Source: Takakia lepidozioides (taxonomy: Eukaryota; Plantae; Bryophyta). Taken from it: a stretch of 64,000 bases of DNA. The notes beneath the pieces are model-generated. The model ran no database searches and was not told where the DNA came from. It saw nothing but the letters and a program-made list of their open reading frames with translations. Of this stretch, positions 23,030 to 37,400 are shown piece by piece (within the stretch, counting starts at the first letter, position 1; the number at the start of each line of letters is the position of its first letter). Both the position numbers and the translations under genes were made by a program. The stretch lies in the NCBI GenBank assembly GCA_030704615.1, contig CM060732.1:72726001-72790000 (forward strand), in the 5' to 3' direction.

Positions 23030-26000
23030 CTTTACATCAGCACTTCCTTTGAGCAAATGATGTGCAAAGGGGTGAAGCCCAACCGCATAACGTTTGTTTG
23101 CATTGGCAATGCGTGTGCAAGCCAAGGTGCAAAGAGGTCCATGGTGACATCGTCAAATCTGGAATTGTACCCGATGTCATTCTGAACACTGCCCTGCTGG
23201 ACATGTATGTCAAATGTGAGTGCATCGAGGATGGAAAGGGAGTGTTCGACAGTATGGCTGAATGAGACGTGGAGTGCAACGATTGCAGGATATGCACAGC
23301 AAGTATGCGGGATGGAGGCTTTGGAGACCTATGAGCAATTGATGTGCGAAGGGGTGAAGCCCAACCGCAACACATTTGTTTGTGTTTGCAATGCGTGTGC
23401 AAGCCTAGGAGCTCTAGAAAAGGGGAAAGAGGTCCATGGTGACATCGTCAAAGCTGGATTTGTACCAGATGTCATCCTGAACACTGCCCTGGTGGACATG
23501 TATGCCAAATGTGGGTGCATGAAGGATGCGAAAGGAGTTTTCAAATGGCTGAACAAGATGAGGTGTCGTGGAACGCGATGCTTGCAGGGTATGCACAGCA
23601 GGGGCGTGGGATGGAGGCTTTGGAGACCTATGAGCAAATGATGGGGGAAGGGGTGAAGCCCGACCACATCACGTTTGTGTGCGTTTGCAATGCGTGTGCA
23701 AGCCTGGCAGCCCTGGAAAAGGGCAAAGAGGTGCATGGTTGCATCGCCAAAGCTGGAACTATACCAGGTGTGATCCTGAACACTGCCCTGGTGGACATGT
23801 ATGCCAAATGTGGGAGCATTGAGGATGCAGAGGGAGTGTTCAACAATATGGTTGAACGAGATTTATTGTTGTGGAACGTGATGCTTGCAGGATATGCACA
23901 GCAGGGCATGGGATGGAGGACTTGGAGACCTATGAGCAAATGATGGGGGAAGGGGTGAAGCGCGACCACATCACGTTTGTGTGCGTTTGCAGTGTGTGTG
24001 CAAGCCTGGCAGCCCTGGAAAAGGGCAAAGAGGTGCATGGTTGCATCGAGCTGGAATTGTACAGATGTGATTCTGAACAATACCCTCGTGGACATGTATG
24101 CCAAATGTGGGAGCATTGAGGATGCGGAGGGAGTGTTCAACAATATGGCTGAATGAGATTTGGTGTCATGGAACTCCATGCTTGCAGGGTATGCACAGCA
24201 GGGGCGCGGGATGGAGGCCTTGGATCATACCTATGAGCAAATGATGGGGAAGGGGTGAAATGCAACCACATCACGTTTGTGAGCGTTTGCAATGCTTGTG
24301 CAAGCGTGGCAGCCCTAGAAAAGGGCAAAGGGGTGTATGGTGACATCATCAAAGCTGGAATTGTACCAAGGTTGCAATGCGTGTGCAAGCCTGGGAGCCC
24401 TGGAAAATGGGAAAGAGGTCCATGGTGACATCGTCAAAGCTGGAATTGCACCAGATTCATCCTGAACACTGCCCTAGTGGACATATGCCAAATGTGGGTG
24501 GATCGAGGATGCAAAGGGAGTTTTCAACACTGTGGTTGAAAGAAATGTGGTGTCGTGGAACGCGATGCTTGCAGGGTATGCACAGCAGGGGCACGGGATG
24601 GAGGCTTTGGAGACCTATGAACAAATGATGGGGGAAGTGGTGAAGCCCTCATGGAGTGCAATGATTGCAGAATATGCTCAACATGGATCTGGTACAGATA
24701 CATTCAAAATGTATGAGCAAATGTTGCGCGAAGGGGTGAAGCCCAACCAAATCACATTTGTTTGTGTTTGCAAAGCATATGAAAGCCTGGGAGCCCTGGA
24801 AAAGCAAGGACAATGTGGTGAGGGCACCTTCTTTGTCGACCTATTTCAGATTGTTTTGCGCTCTCATCAGACTCAGCCCTGAGATGCATATTGAATTCTG
24901 TAAGTTAGCTTGTTGGGTGGATCTGTGGTGGTTTGGAATGACTTTGACAAGTAACTGCCGATGTGGCAGCAGGAAAGTATCCAAAAACAGATAACATAGA
25001 TGAGGATCTACCAAGCATGGGTGTGGTACGAATACTTTGGAGACCTATGAGCAAATGATGCATGAAGAGGTGAAGCCCAACCACATCACGTTTGTGCCCT
25101 GGCGGACAGGTATGCCAAATGTGGGTGCATTATCAGACCTGCAATTGTACAAAATGTCATTCAGAACAATACCCTTGTGGACATGTATGAAGGGAGTGTT
25201 CGACAGTATGGTTGAACGAGATGTTGTGTCGTGGAGTGCGATGATTGCAGGATATGCATAGCAAGGGTGCGGGATAGAGGCTTTAGAGATCTAGGAGCAA
25301 ATGTTGCGCGAAGGGGTGAAGCCCACCCACATCACATTTGTTTGTGTTTGCAATGTGTGTGCAAGTCTGGGAGCTCTGGAAAAGGGGAAAGAGGTCCGTG
25401 GTGACATCGTCCAAGCTGGAATTGTACCAGATGTCATTCTGAACACTGCCCTGGTGGACAGGTAGGCAAAAATGTGGGTGCATTGTCAGACCTACAATTG
25501 TACAAAATGTCATTCAGAACAATACCCTTGTGGACATGTATGAAAGGAGTTTTCGACAGTATGGCTGAATGAGATGTGGTGTCGTGGAGTGCGATGATTG
25601 CAGGATATGCACAGCAAGGGTGCGGGATGGAGGCTTTGGAGACCTAGGAGCAAATGTTGTGCGAAGGGGCGAAGCCCAACCACATCACATTTGTTTGTGT
25701 TTGCAATGCGTGTGCAAGCCTGGGAGCTCTGCAAAAGGGGAAAGAGGTCCGTGGTGACATCGCCAAAGCTGGAATTGTACCTGAGGTCATCCTGAACACT
25801 GCCCTTGTGGACATGTATGCCAAATGTGGGTGCATTAAGGATACGAAGGGAGTTAATTTCAACACCATGGCTGAACGAGATGCGGTGTCGTGGAACGCGA
25901 TGCTTGCAGGGGTATGCACAACAGGGGCGTGGGATGGAGACTTTGGAGACCTATAAGCAAATGATGGGGGAAGGGGTGAAGCCACATCACGTTTGTGTGC

Positions 26001-27803
26001 GTTTGCAGTTCGTGTGCAAGCTTGGCAGCCCTGGAAAAGGGCAAAGAGGTGCATGGTTGCATCGCCAAAGCTGGAATTGTACTAGATGTGATTCTGAACA
26101 ATACCCTCGTGGACATGTATGCCAAATGTGGGTGCATTAAAGATGCGGATGAAGTGTTCAACAGTATGGCTGAACGAGATTTGGTGTCATGGAATGCCAT
26201 GCTTGCAGGATATGCACAGCAGGGGCCCGGGATGGAGGCCTTAGAGACCTATGAGCAAATGATGGGTAAGGGGTGAAGTGCGACCACATCACGTTTGTGT
26301 GCGTTTGCAATGCTTGTGCAAGCCTGGCAGCCCTGGAAAAGGGCAAAGGGTGCATGGTGACATCATCAAAGCTGGAATTGTACCAAGGTTGCAATGTGTG
26401 TGCAAACCTGGGAGCCCTGGAAAATGGGAAAGAGGTCCGTGGTGACATCGTCAAAGCTGGAATTGCACCAGATTCATCCTGAACACTGCCCTGATGGACA
26501 TATGCCAAATGTGGGTGGATCGAGGATGCGAAGGGAGTTTCCAACACTGTGGTTGAAAGAAATGTGGTGTCGTGGAACGCTATGCTTGTAGGGTATGCAC
26601 AACAGGGGCACGGGATGGAGGCTTTGGAGACCTATGAACAAATGATGGGGGAAGTGGTGAAGCCCTCATGGAGTGCAATGATTGCAGGATATTAAAGTGG
26701 AGAACAGCCTTCTTGACGCCAAATGTGGGAGCGGAAAAGATGCACTTCAGGTTTTCGACAAAATGCCTGAACGAGATGTGGTCTCATGGAATGCCATGAT
26801 TACAGGATATGCTGAGCATGGCTATGCTGAGCATGGCTATGCTGAAGAGGCTTTCAAGATACAAGCAAATGGAATTGGACGCGATGACACCGAACAGGGT
26901 CACGTTCGTTTCTGTTGTCAATGCATGTGCCAGTCTAGGGGCCCTGGAAAAGGGCACACGGGTCCATGCTGATATTAACAAAGCTGGGGTTGTGTCATAT
27001 ATTAACTTGGACAATGTCCTTGTTAACATGTATGCCAAATGTGGGAGTGTTCACGATGCACGTCAAGTGTTTGAAAATATGGTTCAGCAAGCATGGAATG
27101 CCATAATTGCAGGATATGCTCAGCATGGGTGTAGTACAGAGGCCTTCCAACTATTTGAACAGATGCAGCAGGAAGGCTTGAAGCCAGATGGTATCACCTT
27201 CGTTTCTCTTCTCTCTGCTTGTAGGCATGTAGGCCTGGTGGATGAAGGCCACCACTTGTTTGGTTCCATGAGTAGAGATCACGGCCTCACTCCTACAGTG
27301 GAGCATTTTTGCTGCATTGTGGACCTTCTTGGCCGTGTAGGCCGATGAGATGAGGCAGAAGAGTTTATCGACAAAATGCCAATTGAACCAGATGCTCTGG
27401 TTTGGGGGACCTTGCTTGTTGCTGCCAGAATACATGGGGATGTGGAGGTAGCAGAACATGCAGCAAAATCTCTTCTCAAATGCGATCCCAACCACTATGC
27501 AGCTTATGTGCTGCTATCCAACATCTACGCCGCATCTGACACGTGACAAATATGACACAACATGATGTGGTTTCATGGAGGACCATGATTGCAGCATATG
27601 CTCCGCATGAGTATGGCAGGGAGGCTGTTGAGATGTATGAACAAATGCAAAATAAAGGGTCTAATGCCCAACACAAACAGTATCACCTTTATATGTGTTC
27701 TCTCTGCCTGCAGCCACACTAACCTACTGAATGAAGGAAGATGCTATTTCGATTCCCTGAGTGAAGATCATGGTATCGATCTGACAATAAAACACTTTGG
27801 CTG
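23030..27803 (+). pseudogene. Degenerate tandem array of PLS PPR motifs, including P2-L2-S2-E remnants
   Basis: More than 12 partial P-L-S units (GVKPNHITFVCVCNACASL..LEKGKEVH, NTALVDMYAKCG, VSWNAM.AGYAQ) with many frameshifts and stops. E-domain remnant at 27350-27535. Confidence 0.9.
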
Positions 27804-29600
27804 TGTCAAGTTATTTTACCATTAGTGTGAAACTAGCTAGGAAATAGCTAGCTTTTACATATTGACATTTGGGATTGGCCCAAGTGTCAATCCAGGGGTC
27901 AAGGCAGATTTAGGCCCTGGAGTGGTTATCTTCACGGCAAGTGCGGAAGGCTCATCTTTCTCGAGTTGAGCCTCACCGCGCCTAGCTATGGCACCGTAGT
28001 GTGGATTCCCCATGGCGTGGGGTGCACTTGGCTTGACTTGTATTTGAGTGATGAGGTTATATATGCATGAGTTTATGCTTCAGATTTGTGAGCTCGTGCT
28101 TGTATTCTTCTTCTTTATCACTCGAGAAAGATGAGCTCGTATCTGTGAGTGCCAGATACGAGTTAGTTGTAGCACTTGTGGTTTTTGCTTGAGAATTAGA
28201 GAAACCAAGTTGTTATGCAAGGAGCACTGTGGAGCTCTTGGTTGTTAGAAGCGGAGGCGATGTGGGTTACGAGGTGGTAGACCTTGGCATTCGATCTTCA
28301 GCTTCAGAGATGAAAGCACCATGCTGCAGGTAATTCTAGAGCACCTTGATGGTTTCAGATTGTGTACATGCATGAGCAAGCACGATTGGGAAGAGGACCA
28401 GTCAAGAGCAAGTTATAGTGGCTTTGGTGGCAAAGCTAAGAACTGGACTTGGGAATGCGAGCTTTCATTTTGTGAAGGATTGCAAGACCAAGCGAAAGGG
28501 CTGATTTGGCTTGGGGCAAATCAGTGCACTTTGTGGAGTATGGTGAGATTGGGTTTCAATCTCGAGCTTCAGCATTGAGAGGGCTCTTGTCATGGCAAGA
28601 GCAGGGCTGGAACAGGAACTAAAAGGTGCGGCAAGGCCATGGAATGTGCACCTAGGGTTTCAGAGCTTGGAAGAAGAGCTCTTGCACCACAAGAGAAGTG
28701 TCTTGTGGCTGGAAATGTAAGCCTTAGGGTTTCAGGAGCTTGGCAAAGGCTGTGGAGTGCTTAGTCTTGTCTTAGAGAGCATCAAGGAGCCAAGATAGGG
28801 GGCTGATATCTCTTGTGTGAAGAGGTTGCATGTGTGGAGCATGTATTCAGCTCATTGAAGCTTCCATCTTCAAGCTTGGAGGGCAAGCAAGGAAGAAGGA
28901 AGGGCTGACTTCTCTTATGTGAGGGCAATGCATGTGTGGAGCATGCTATCAGCCTGGTGAAGGCTTGCACTTTCAGGTGTGGGAGTGCAAGAAAGGAAGG
29001 AAGGGGCTGGTTTCCCTGTAGGGCATGTGGAGCATGCTTTCAGCCTGCTAAAGCTTGTATTTTCAGGTTTGTGGGTGCAAGAAATGAAGCAAAGGAGCTG
29101 ATTCTCTTATGGTGAGAATGGGGCATGTGTGGAGCATGCCTTCAGCCCATTGAGGCTCTTGTTTTCAAGCTTTAGAGAGCTAGAACGGAAGGTCTAGGGC
29201 TGGTTTCCACTTGGAGTGAAAGAAAAGCACTTGTAGGGCCTATGTGAGTTAGGGTTTCAACTTCAAGCTTGAACGGAGCGCAACTCTTGAAGCAGCAGGT
29301 GTAGGGGGCTGGAATAGGCTCTAAGATAGCGATCTCATACGATGTCCTGGTTGGTGGGGCAGTGTTGTACCCCATGGGCTTCACCCTGGATTTTTGGGAG
29401 GAGTCAGCTTCCTATAGGCCTGCATGGCAGTCAGGGGAGGGCTTGCGTGTGCAACTCCCTGTGACGTTCATAGGAGGAGTTGCGGTTGCCCATCGTGTCT
29501 ACGATGACCTGGCTATGATGACGTGGCGACGATGACATGGCACTATGGCACCCTATTCCTGCTCTACGCTAAATTAGCTTCCGACCTTCGGTCGTCGCTA
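27804..29600. mobile_element. LTR-like or non-coding retroelement insertion interrupting the PPR array
   Basis: Begins TGTCAAG exactly where PPR similarity (KHFGC) stops. Contains internal ~110-bp repeats (GCATGTGTGGAGCATG) at 28825-29150 and no coding domain. Right end unresolved. Confidence 0.5.
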
Positions 29601-29614
29601 GAATAAAATGGATG

Positions 29615-29835
29615 AATCCCATAACCGGTACCATGGAACCGGCAATTTTTAAGATGGCATCACCGGTAGATTGAGAACCGGACAAGAAAAAATTCATGTG
29701 TTTAATGAGAACCTGTAACCGATATGATTTTCAAACCTATTGATATACCCTGCCCCGGCCATCCATTTTTTTCAAGGAAGTAGGCCATAACCGGGACCGG
29801 AAGAGGGCTCAAAACATGGTACCCGGCCAACACTG
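29615..29835. mobile_element. Truncated hAT-type MITE
   Basis: ACCGG subrepeats and a right terminus CAACACTG that cuts the DYW fragment. Confidence 0.5.
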
Positions 29836-30110
29836 GTATATACCCTGCCTCCTTCATCTGCCCACACAACATTCTCAGCTCAGCATGGATTTCCTCAATT
29901 TTTGGATGAAATTTGTCATCTACAACGAAGGTGTGCAGTGTGCACCCTTTTGCCAACCTCAATGCTGCAACAACCTTGCTCTTTTCTAACCCCTCTGACC
30001 TTCATCAGTTTTCTCACCTTTGCAGTATCGTCCCACCTGCCAGCTGAGGTATAGATGTTTAATAGCAACAAATAAGTTGTGGCGTCATGTTCATCCCACT
30101 TGAGAATAGA
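29836..30110 (-). pseudogene. E2/PG-box/start-of-DYW fragment of a PPR editing factor
   Basis: LKWDEHDATTYLLLLNIYTSAGRWDDTAKVRKLMKVRGVRKEQGCCSIEV, frameshift, then HTFVVDDKFHPKIEEIHAELRMLCGQMKEAGYIP. Confidence 0.88.
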
Positions 30111-30339
30111 TGTTGCCGGGCGTTCAGCCAATGGTTGCCCGAACTCCCCTCCCAAAGATTCAAAAGTTCCCTCAGATACCACGTCACCTGAGGACAGTAA
30201 TCCTTCGGAGTGAAGTGACACCATAAATTACACTTGTTTCCGCAAGAGTCTTCATTTTTTAGGCTATGAGCATGTGGGTAGAAGACATTTCCAAATTCAT
30301 CAAGTTGGCCTGACTGCTATAATTCTATGGCTGCCCAAG

Positions 30340-30430
30340 AGCGCAGATGTTTGAGATGACCCCACAAGTGAGCTGCATACTGTATACTTCTGTGGCAGGT
30401 GTTTGGCATAGTGTGCAAAACCAGGGTAAG
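30340..30430 (-). pseudogene. Frameshifted U1/matrin-type C2H2 zinc finger remnant
   Basis: WFCTLCQTPAT in one frame joins YAAHLWGHLKH in another. Confidence 0.3.
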
Positions 30431-31111
30431 AAACAGCCCTGGAAAACTAGAATTTGTCCTTTTATTGGGTCCCTTAAAACATATCCAAAATGATTTTCCC
30501 ATGTTCACTAAGATGTTATATAATTTCAAGATGTCCACATTCCAAACAGAAGGCAAGTATCCCTTTGGTGTGAATACCCACGGTTTTAATAAATCAACAA
30601 CATTTGAAACCAAATGGTGGTCTTCTCCCTATTTGTGGGATATGATAAAAATGAAAGATTGAACACTTTGGAACTGTATGAGCCTTGGGAGGTTTGAGTT
30701 TTGACTGTTCAGGTGCCACAAAAGGGCGTATGAAGGTGCCCACAATGATTTAACATACCAACCTTTGGAAACTTCGACCATCCAAAATTTGTTATATAGC
30801 ATGTAAAGAGTCGGCGATTCACACTCTCGAGAATGACATGGTTTGGAGATGGGTTGGTAGATTACCAATCATGACAATTCCTTACTGCTGAACCACCGGT
30901 TATTGATGACATGGCCAGAGCACCAGGAGATTTGCAGAGGCTTGATTGTTGAATAGTTAAGGACACTTCCAACATCAGTCTCCTTGGCAAAAAACAAATT
31001 TCTTCTGGGTAAGGTGTATTTCCCACCCACATAATAAAAAAATATCATTTCTAGCGGCTTGGTTGAAGAACTCAGTGAAACATATCATGAACTGTACACT
31101 TAATGTCAATA

Positions 31112-31365
31112 TCAAGCAACTCCAGCGTCAGCCATTAAAGATGTAATACCTGCTGGTTTTTTGGATGCCAGTCCTGGACGAGCCTCCAAAACCAAGGAGC
31201 TGTACGGTTGGATATCGTATGTTCCAAATGGACTGCAGGATCCCACAAAATTTGTATTTTAAAATAGCTAGTGAGTTGTATCTGCAACAGTAGTTCTTGG
31301 CTTATGTCTGTTCTGTATCCCCTGGGACCCTTGCCTTTCCTATGGATGTATAAACTTCTCGTCCT

Positions 31366-31413
<48 letters not shown>

Positions 31414-34400
31414 CTGATCATTAGGCTACGGCAAACGTCTTATGAGTACAATCTTTTCTGATCATTGATGCTTGTGTAAAGGGATTTCTAGAGGATATCT
31501 GGAAAACTCGGATCAAATGTCTGTTCCAAGGTAAGTCATACTAACGGCGTCAGTCCCTGACAAAGGTAGTTTCTGTCCCTTTGTGTTCCGCTCAAAATGG
31601 GCGTGGGGTCAACGCCCACAAGGCTACGGAAACAATGTCTGGTGTCGACCAGTTACTACAGGAGATACATAAAGCATTATGCCAGGAAGGCAGCACCATT
31701 GAGTCGCTTATTGAAGAAGGACTCTGTTTACAATTGGGAACCAGAATGTGATGAAGCTTATAGGAAGCTCCTTGAAGCTCTTATAAAAACTCCGATACTC
31801 ATCAATCCACATTGGAATTTACCCTTCCATGTACATTCAGATGCTTCAGGAGAGGCCCTTGGAGCAATTCTAGCACAGAATGTGCAAGGCAGGTTAGAAT
31901 AACCAATCTTTTTATGCCAGCAGGTTGTTCTTTTCTGATCCCAAACTGGGTGCTGGTCGATGGCCACAAGGACAGTACACAACCTCTCATGAGTACATTC
32001 TCTTTTCTGATACAATGTCCGGGGTACTCTCATCAGAGAGCTTCCCTCTTCAGGAAGAACATAGTCCCTGCAACTCTGCTCACCAACTTCGAAAATTTCG
32101 AGGCTCAGCCTTAAGCCCTGGCCCTGTTGGGGTCTAACTGCTCACACAGAGCAGATTGATGCTTGTGTGAACGGGTTTCTAGATGAAATCTGGAAAGCCC
32201 AAACAATAGTTTATATCAAGGGAAGACCGACCACTGGAGTGAGCCCATAGAAGGACCATGCATAACAATGTTATTAGGCCTTTGTTAGAGTATGCATCTG
32301 CCAGGTGGGAAGGCAACTCCAACCATGCTAATTCCTTAGAATCCACTTCGCTTTTGGAGCTCAAAGAGATCATGTCAGTGTGCTCTAGAAAGTTAACATG
32401 GCTGTTCAGGGCAAGTTTAACATAATGGCCTTGAGCTGTCGATGTGATGAGTTCAAGTAAGATGGCGGGGTCGGTTGAATTGCATGCCTAATACCAGATA
32501 GCCTAAGATGATCGACTCTGTTTCTTGGAAGCAAGAAAGGCCAAGTCCTGGCAGAAAAGGCCAGGGGAGAATTTCAAGGACCTTGCTAGATGAAGCTCAC
32601 TTGGAGGGCAAGGACCTTAAGGATGACTTGAAAGGCCTACCTACCCTTGGCACCACTGAAATTTTAATTCAGGGCAGGGAGTTCTCCTCTGAACAAAAAA
32701 CAGATGCAGAGAGGAAAGGGAGATGGTCAATGCCCCCTGTGCAGGCAGCCAGAAGACAATATCCAATTTCTGATACAATGTCCATTGTCATCAGAGTGAC
32801 CCACTTCAGGTACATCGAGAACATAGTCCCTGCACCTCTGTTCACCAACTTCCAAAATCTTCAGGCTAAGCTTTAACCCCTGGTCCTGCTGGGCAGATCA
32901 CACACAGCAGATTGATGCTTGTGTGAAGGGATATCTAGAGGAGATTTGGAAAAGACTGACCAAATTGTTTATATGAAATTAAGTGCCACTGGCAGATGAG
33001 CCCTCACAAAGGTAGTGCCTATTCCCTCTTGTTCTGCCCAAACTGGGAGTGGAGTCTATGGCCACAAGGCTACGGCAATCACTGTCTTATGAATACTTTC
33101 TCTCTAAACCTTGTTAGCTAGGAGCTTGCCGAGTGTCTCAAAGCTTTAGGATTTGGGTTTCTGTTTTGAAGATCTTGTTCAGAAGTTCTTTTCGGTCCCA
33201 GCAGTCGGCCTTCCAATGGATGTAATATCTCGCTTTCTTTCCTCTCATTCTTGTAAAGTTGTAAAGTACCATTTCATTTTATTGGCCCTGCCTTCCTAAG
33301 GCAGGACTACGCGATGGATTTCAGCTGCTTTAGCACCGATACTTTTGATTAGACTTCAAATTCAATCGAGACAGTTGTCAAGAAAATATTCTGTCTTTTA
33401 ATGGAATGACATCCGTTCAACTTCTTGTGCATGCCATAAATGAAAGTCCATTGGATATTACCGTGCGTGCTACCTGGGTGATTCAGGGCTCAAATCCTGT
33501 TACCTTGATATTTAGACTAATTATGTGATCTTCCAGATTTTTACTACCTATTCATAATTACTATACGGCAGGGCTTGCATGAATTCCATGCATTTATTTC
33601 ATTTCATTTCCTCTCATTCTTACATATGACATCATCAGAAAAGGGACTTTAAGAACCTGTCAACTAACGTCTGGAAATCATGCCAGAGAATTCTGGCTGA
33701 AAGAACCAAACCTGTGGCTTTCGCCTTGAAGTTCTACAGCCACTCCCTCCACTGAGAAGTTTTCAGGATAAGGAAGGCTTGTATCTGCAATTCGAAACCT
33801 GTAACACTGGCCAGTTAAGCATGAGCAACAAAGAATTCAATTGCTTCCATGTAAAGCTCCAAGTTGAGATCTATCCGAAGCTTGACACATTCTTGTTACA
33901 AAAACGGAGTCTTCAGATAAGCACTCGGTTTAAGGAACTTACCAGATCATGCCTTTCGGGGGCTCCGGCAAGGTAAGGGGGATGATTAAGGGGTGAGCAT
34001 TGAAGCCCAAGTAGAGGTCCCCAACATCATGAATCGACCCTTCCGGGGCTGCTTGTGAGTGGAGACTGACTGCCAGAAGAGAACTGCATTGACATAACCA
34101 GGCGTATACATATCTGAATGGATTGAAAAGTTTGAAATGACCAAAAACATAAATAGAATATTCAAAGTGGTCGACTGCATCCTTACTTAGTCAGAATGGA
34201 TAATACACCCCACACACTGCTTTAGAATTGGAAGGGCATGCTAGTATCTCCTGTCCGTGACCCTCTCTTATAAAGAATACATTTTCTTTCTTTCTTTTCT
34301 TTCATCTCATAGTCCTTCGCAGCTCACCTCCATGCAGCATCCATCTCCAAGAGACAATTTGGGGTTTTTTGCTACCTTCTTTTGGCTGGCTTGTAGTTCT

Positions 34401-37400
34401 AATTGGTCATTAGGGCCAGAGAGCCATCTGTGGACCTGATAAAATTTCCCCTTTTCTTCTCTCCCTAATGGCTTTGGGGCAGGTCAGTATCCCATAGGTC
34501 TCACACCCTCAAGGCTACTCCATAGTCAATGTAGACAGGGAATTGCAAATCAGTACACCACTTTCGCCCTCTACCTTTTGTACTCTTTACCATGCAGCAC
34601 ATGAATGCCATGCAAAGAGATCACATGCAAATCAGATGCTGCTAAGCAGTCAGTTTGTGTGAACTTGAACACCAGACAAAGCTTGGCCATTATACAGACC
34701 TCTTAGCATCCTCCCAAAGTGGCTGCTTGGGCAGTGATCCATGCCAAGTTAGCATTCCCAACTCCAAGAAATCAATCCGCTGCCAAATACAGGAAACAAA
34801 GCCGCAAACTTGATGCGTTAATACATCGAGCTCAACTAGAAACTACATCAGAAGCTTTAGCCTGCAGCACAGGCTCCTCAGGTAGCAATGGGCAAAATCC
34901 ACTAGCAATTGTGTGCTTGTGAAACAACCAACAGAGAGAAATCTCTCTCTAGTGAAGCAATACCAGAGAAACTACAATTATGTGCTGCCAATGGCCAACC
35001 TGTGAGCATTTGTCGTAGCTCAAAATTAAGGGACGATAGCCTCTACCTGCAGTCTCCATCTCATGGAATATTAATCGTACTGGGTCTGGAACCCTATCAG
35101 AGGCACTTCTTTGAGATCAGAACCACCTTACTGAGAGAAAGTGGCAGAACGAATGAAAGGCCGGGAGGGAGCTGCCCCCCAAACGATATGACCAGAAGGT
35201 TTTAATTTGCCTCTTGAAGGGAGAAGCCCACCAACCTGTAACAAGTCCTTCCGCCTCGACCGAAATGCAGCAAGAGAGGAGATTAGTTTAGTTGTTTGTT
35301 GCGCAAAGTCTGACTGTAGCGCCTCCCATTGAAATGTTGTCCTGTCCAACCATGGCCAGTTCCAACCTATGTGAAACCAAACTCTGCTAAACCTATCTGT
35401 GTCATCTCCTTTCCAGTTCTCTATTCCACTCTCTTGACTCCCATGGACTTACTTTACTCTTTCTTCTCTATGCAGCAATCCAGCTGACCTCCTCACTCCC
35501 ATTCTACTTCTTCCCCTCTCCATGACCATGCCAAAGAAAGCCACCCCCAAAACCACCGGCAGCAAAAGACAGACCTGTGGTTCGTGTTATCAATGCCATA
35601 TTTCGTGTGGCCATACTCATCACCCATATTGAGCACAGGGACTCCTTGTGACAGAAACAGTGTCATGAGGAAGTTGCGAACCTGATCAACACACACACAA
35701 GCATGTTTGTGACCCATTACAAATGACTTATTTGTGCATCGGCGGCCGCTTTGGTGTGCCAGAAGTACTTTGACAGCTTATGATTGAGTACTGGGGATTG
35801 TGTCCATTTTTGAATGTGTACTTTGGTGTGGTTTGTAGACACGATGGCTTGTTTGTTAGCTTCACGAGTTAGGATAGTCATCAGATTACGTGGTGGTATT
35901 CTGGGAGGTCTGGCGTGTAGTGCTAGCCAGAATGGGTGAGCATGTGCAATATGAATTGGATCCTCTGTGGAATCTATAGGGGTTTTGGAGGCTCCTTCCT
36001 GAGCAAGGTGGTCGGCTGCTTCATTACCACTAATACCAATATGTGATCGGACTTTGATAAAGTGGACAGGCTGACCAATGGACATAGCAAGATTGGCGAT
36101 GGCTGTAATGAGGTTACTGTATGGGTGATGGTGATAGGAGGAGGCGCGAGAAATGTGGTTACGGATAAGGAAGGTGAAGTGAGGTTGTCCGTAAAAATGT
36201 AGTATGGGGGAGTAATTGAGGCCAGCTGGGTAAGGGCTTCGAAGATGGCCATAAGCTCTGCACATAGTATGGTGGCAGGACCTGGGAGTCTATGGCTTCA
36301 CTGAACACCATTGCATTTCATGTCCATATCCCAAAAACAGATTGACCATCAAAAGCCCTAATGTACCTGTTTAACCCGAATCTCCAACACTGCTGGATCA
36401 TCAGTTGGCCCCTCAAGTCCACAGTTCCAACTGTACAAACAGACATTGCTTTAGGTAATGCGACATAATTCCCAATTTCTGTGTTACCTGTTTAGATGAC
36501 TAACAAGAGCACCTCATGAATCCTAAGGACGATTCACAAGCTCATCATGGAGACTAGCAATTGACACACCTAACATTTTGGCCCATTGGTCCTTGGGGCC
36601 CTCCTCTTCTTTCTCTATTCAGGAAACTGTTTATTTCAAGGTAAATCATACTACCGGCGTCAGCCCCTGACAAAGGTAGTTTCTGTCCCTTTATGTTCCG
36701 TTCAAACTGGGCGCGGGGTCAATGGCCACAAGGCTACGGCAAACAATGTCTTATGAGTACAATCTATTCAGGAAACACCTCTATGTAGTGTGCTTTGTCA
36801 TTGGCCAGACAACTCTTCTCTTTGGTACTTGGCAAAGGACTGATCATAATTGCAAGGGAGAAAGATCTGTCCAGATGGTGAATACAACAGACATTACCTG
36901 TATTCGGTTATATCTTCCTTGACCTCACTGTCAAAAGAACAGATCATGCAAAACCAGCCGGCTTAAGAAGTAAGTATTTGATAAACCTGACATCAGCAGA
37001 AGTTTTAGCACAGAATCAACTTCATACCCCCTGTCTGGCGGAGATGAACAATGGGGCAATAATGGAACAATGGTTCAGTCAATCCCAGTAAAAGCAGGAA
37101 GATGAAGGCAGGTGGTAAACCTGTAGCTTACAAGGTCGGTGAGGGTCAAACCGTAAGGAGCAGTCACATAATTGATAGAGTAGCAGGTTCCCCGCCCATG
37201 TGCAAACATGTCTCCACTGCCCAAGCAACCAAAACACCAGTCTGAACAATGCAAGAGAAAAGGGAGAGGAAGAATCTGCCAATTTCTAACACAGACACCC
37301 ACAGAAAGCAGTTTTACTCAGGTTTTAGAGGCATTCAGAGACAAACAGGAACAGCTACCTGTGCACTTCAGAATCACAGAGACCAAGTAAAGAAGACAGG

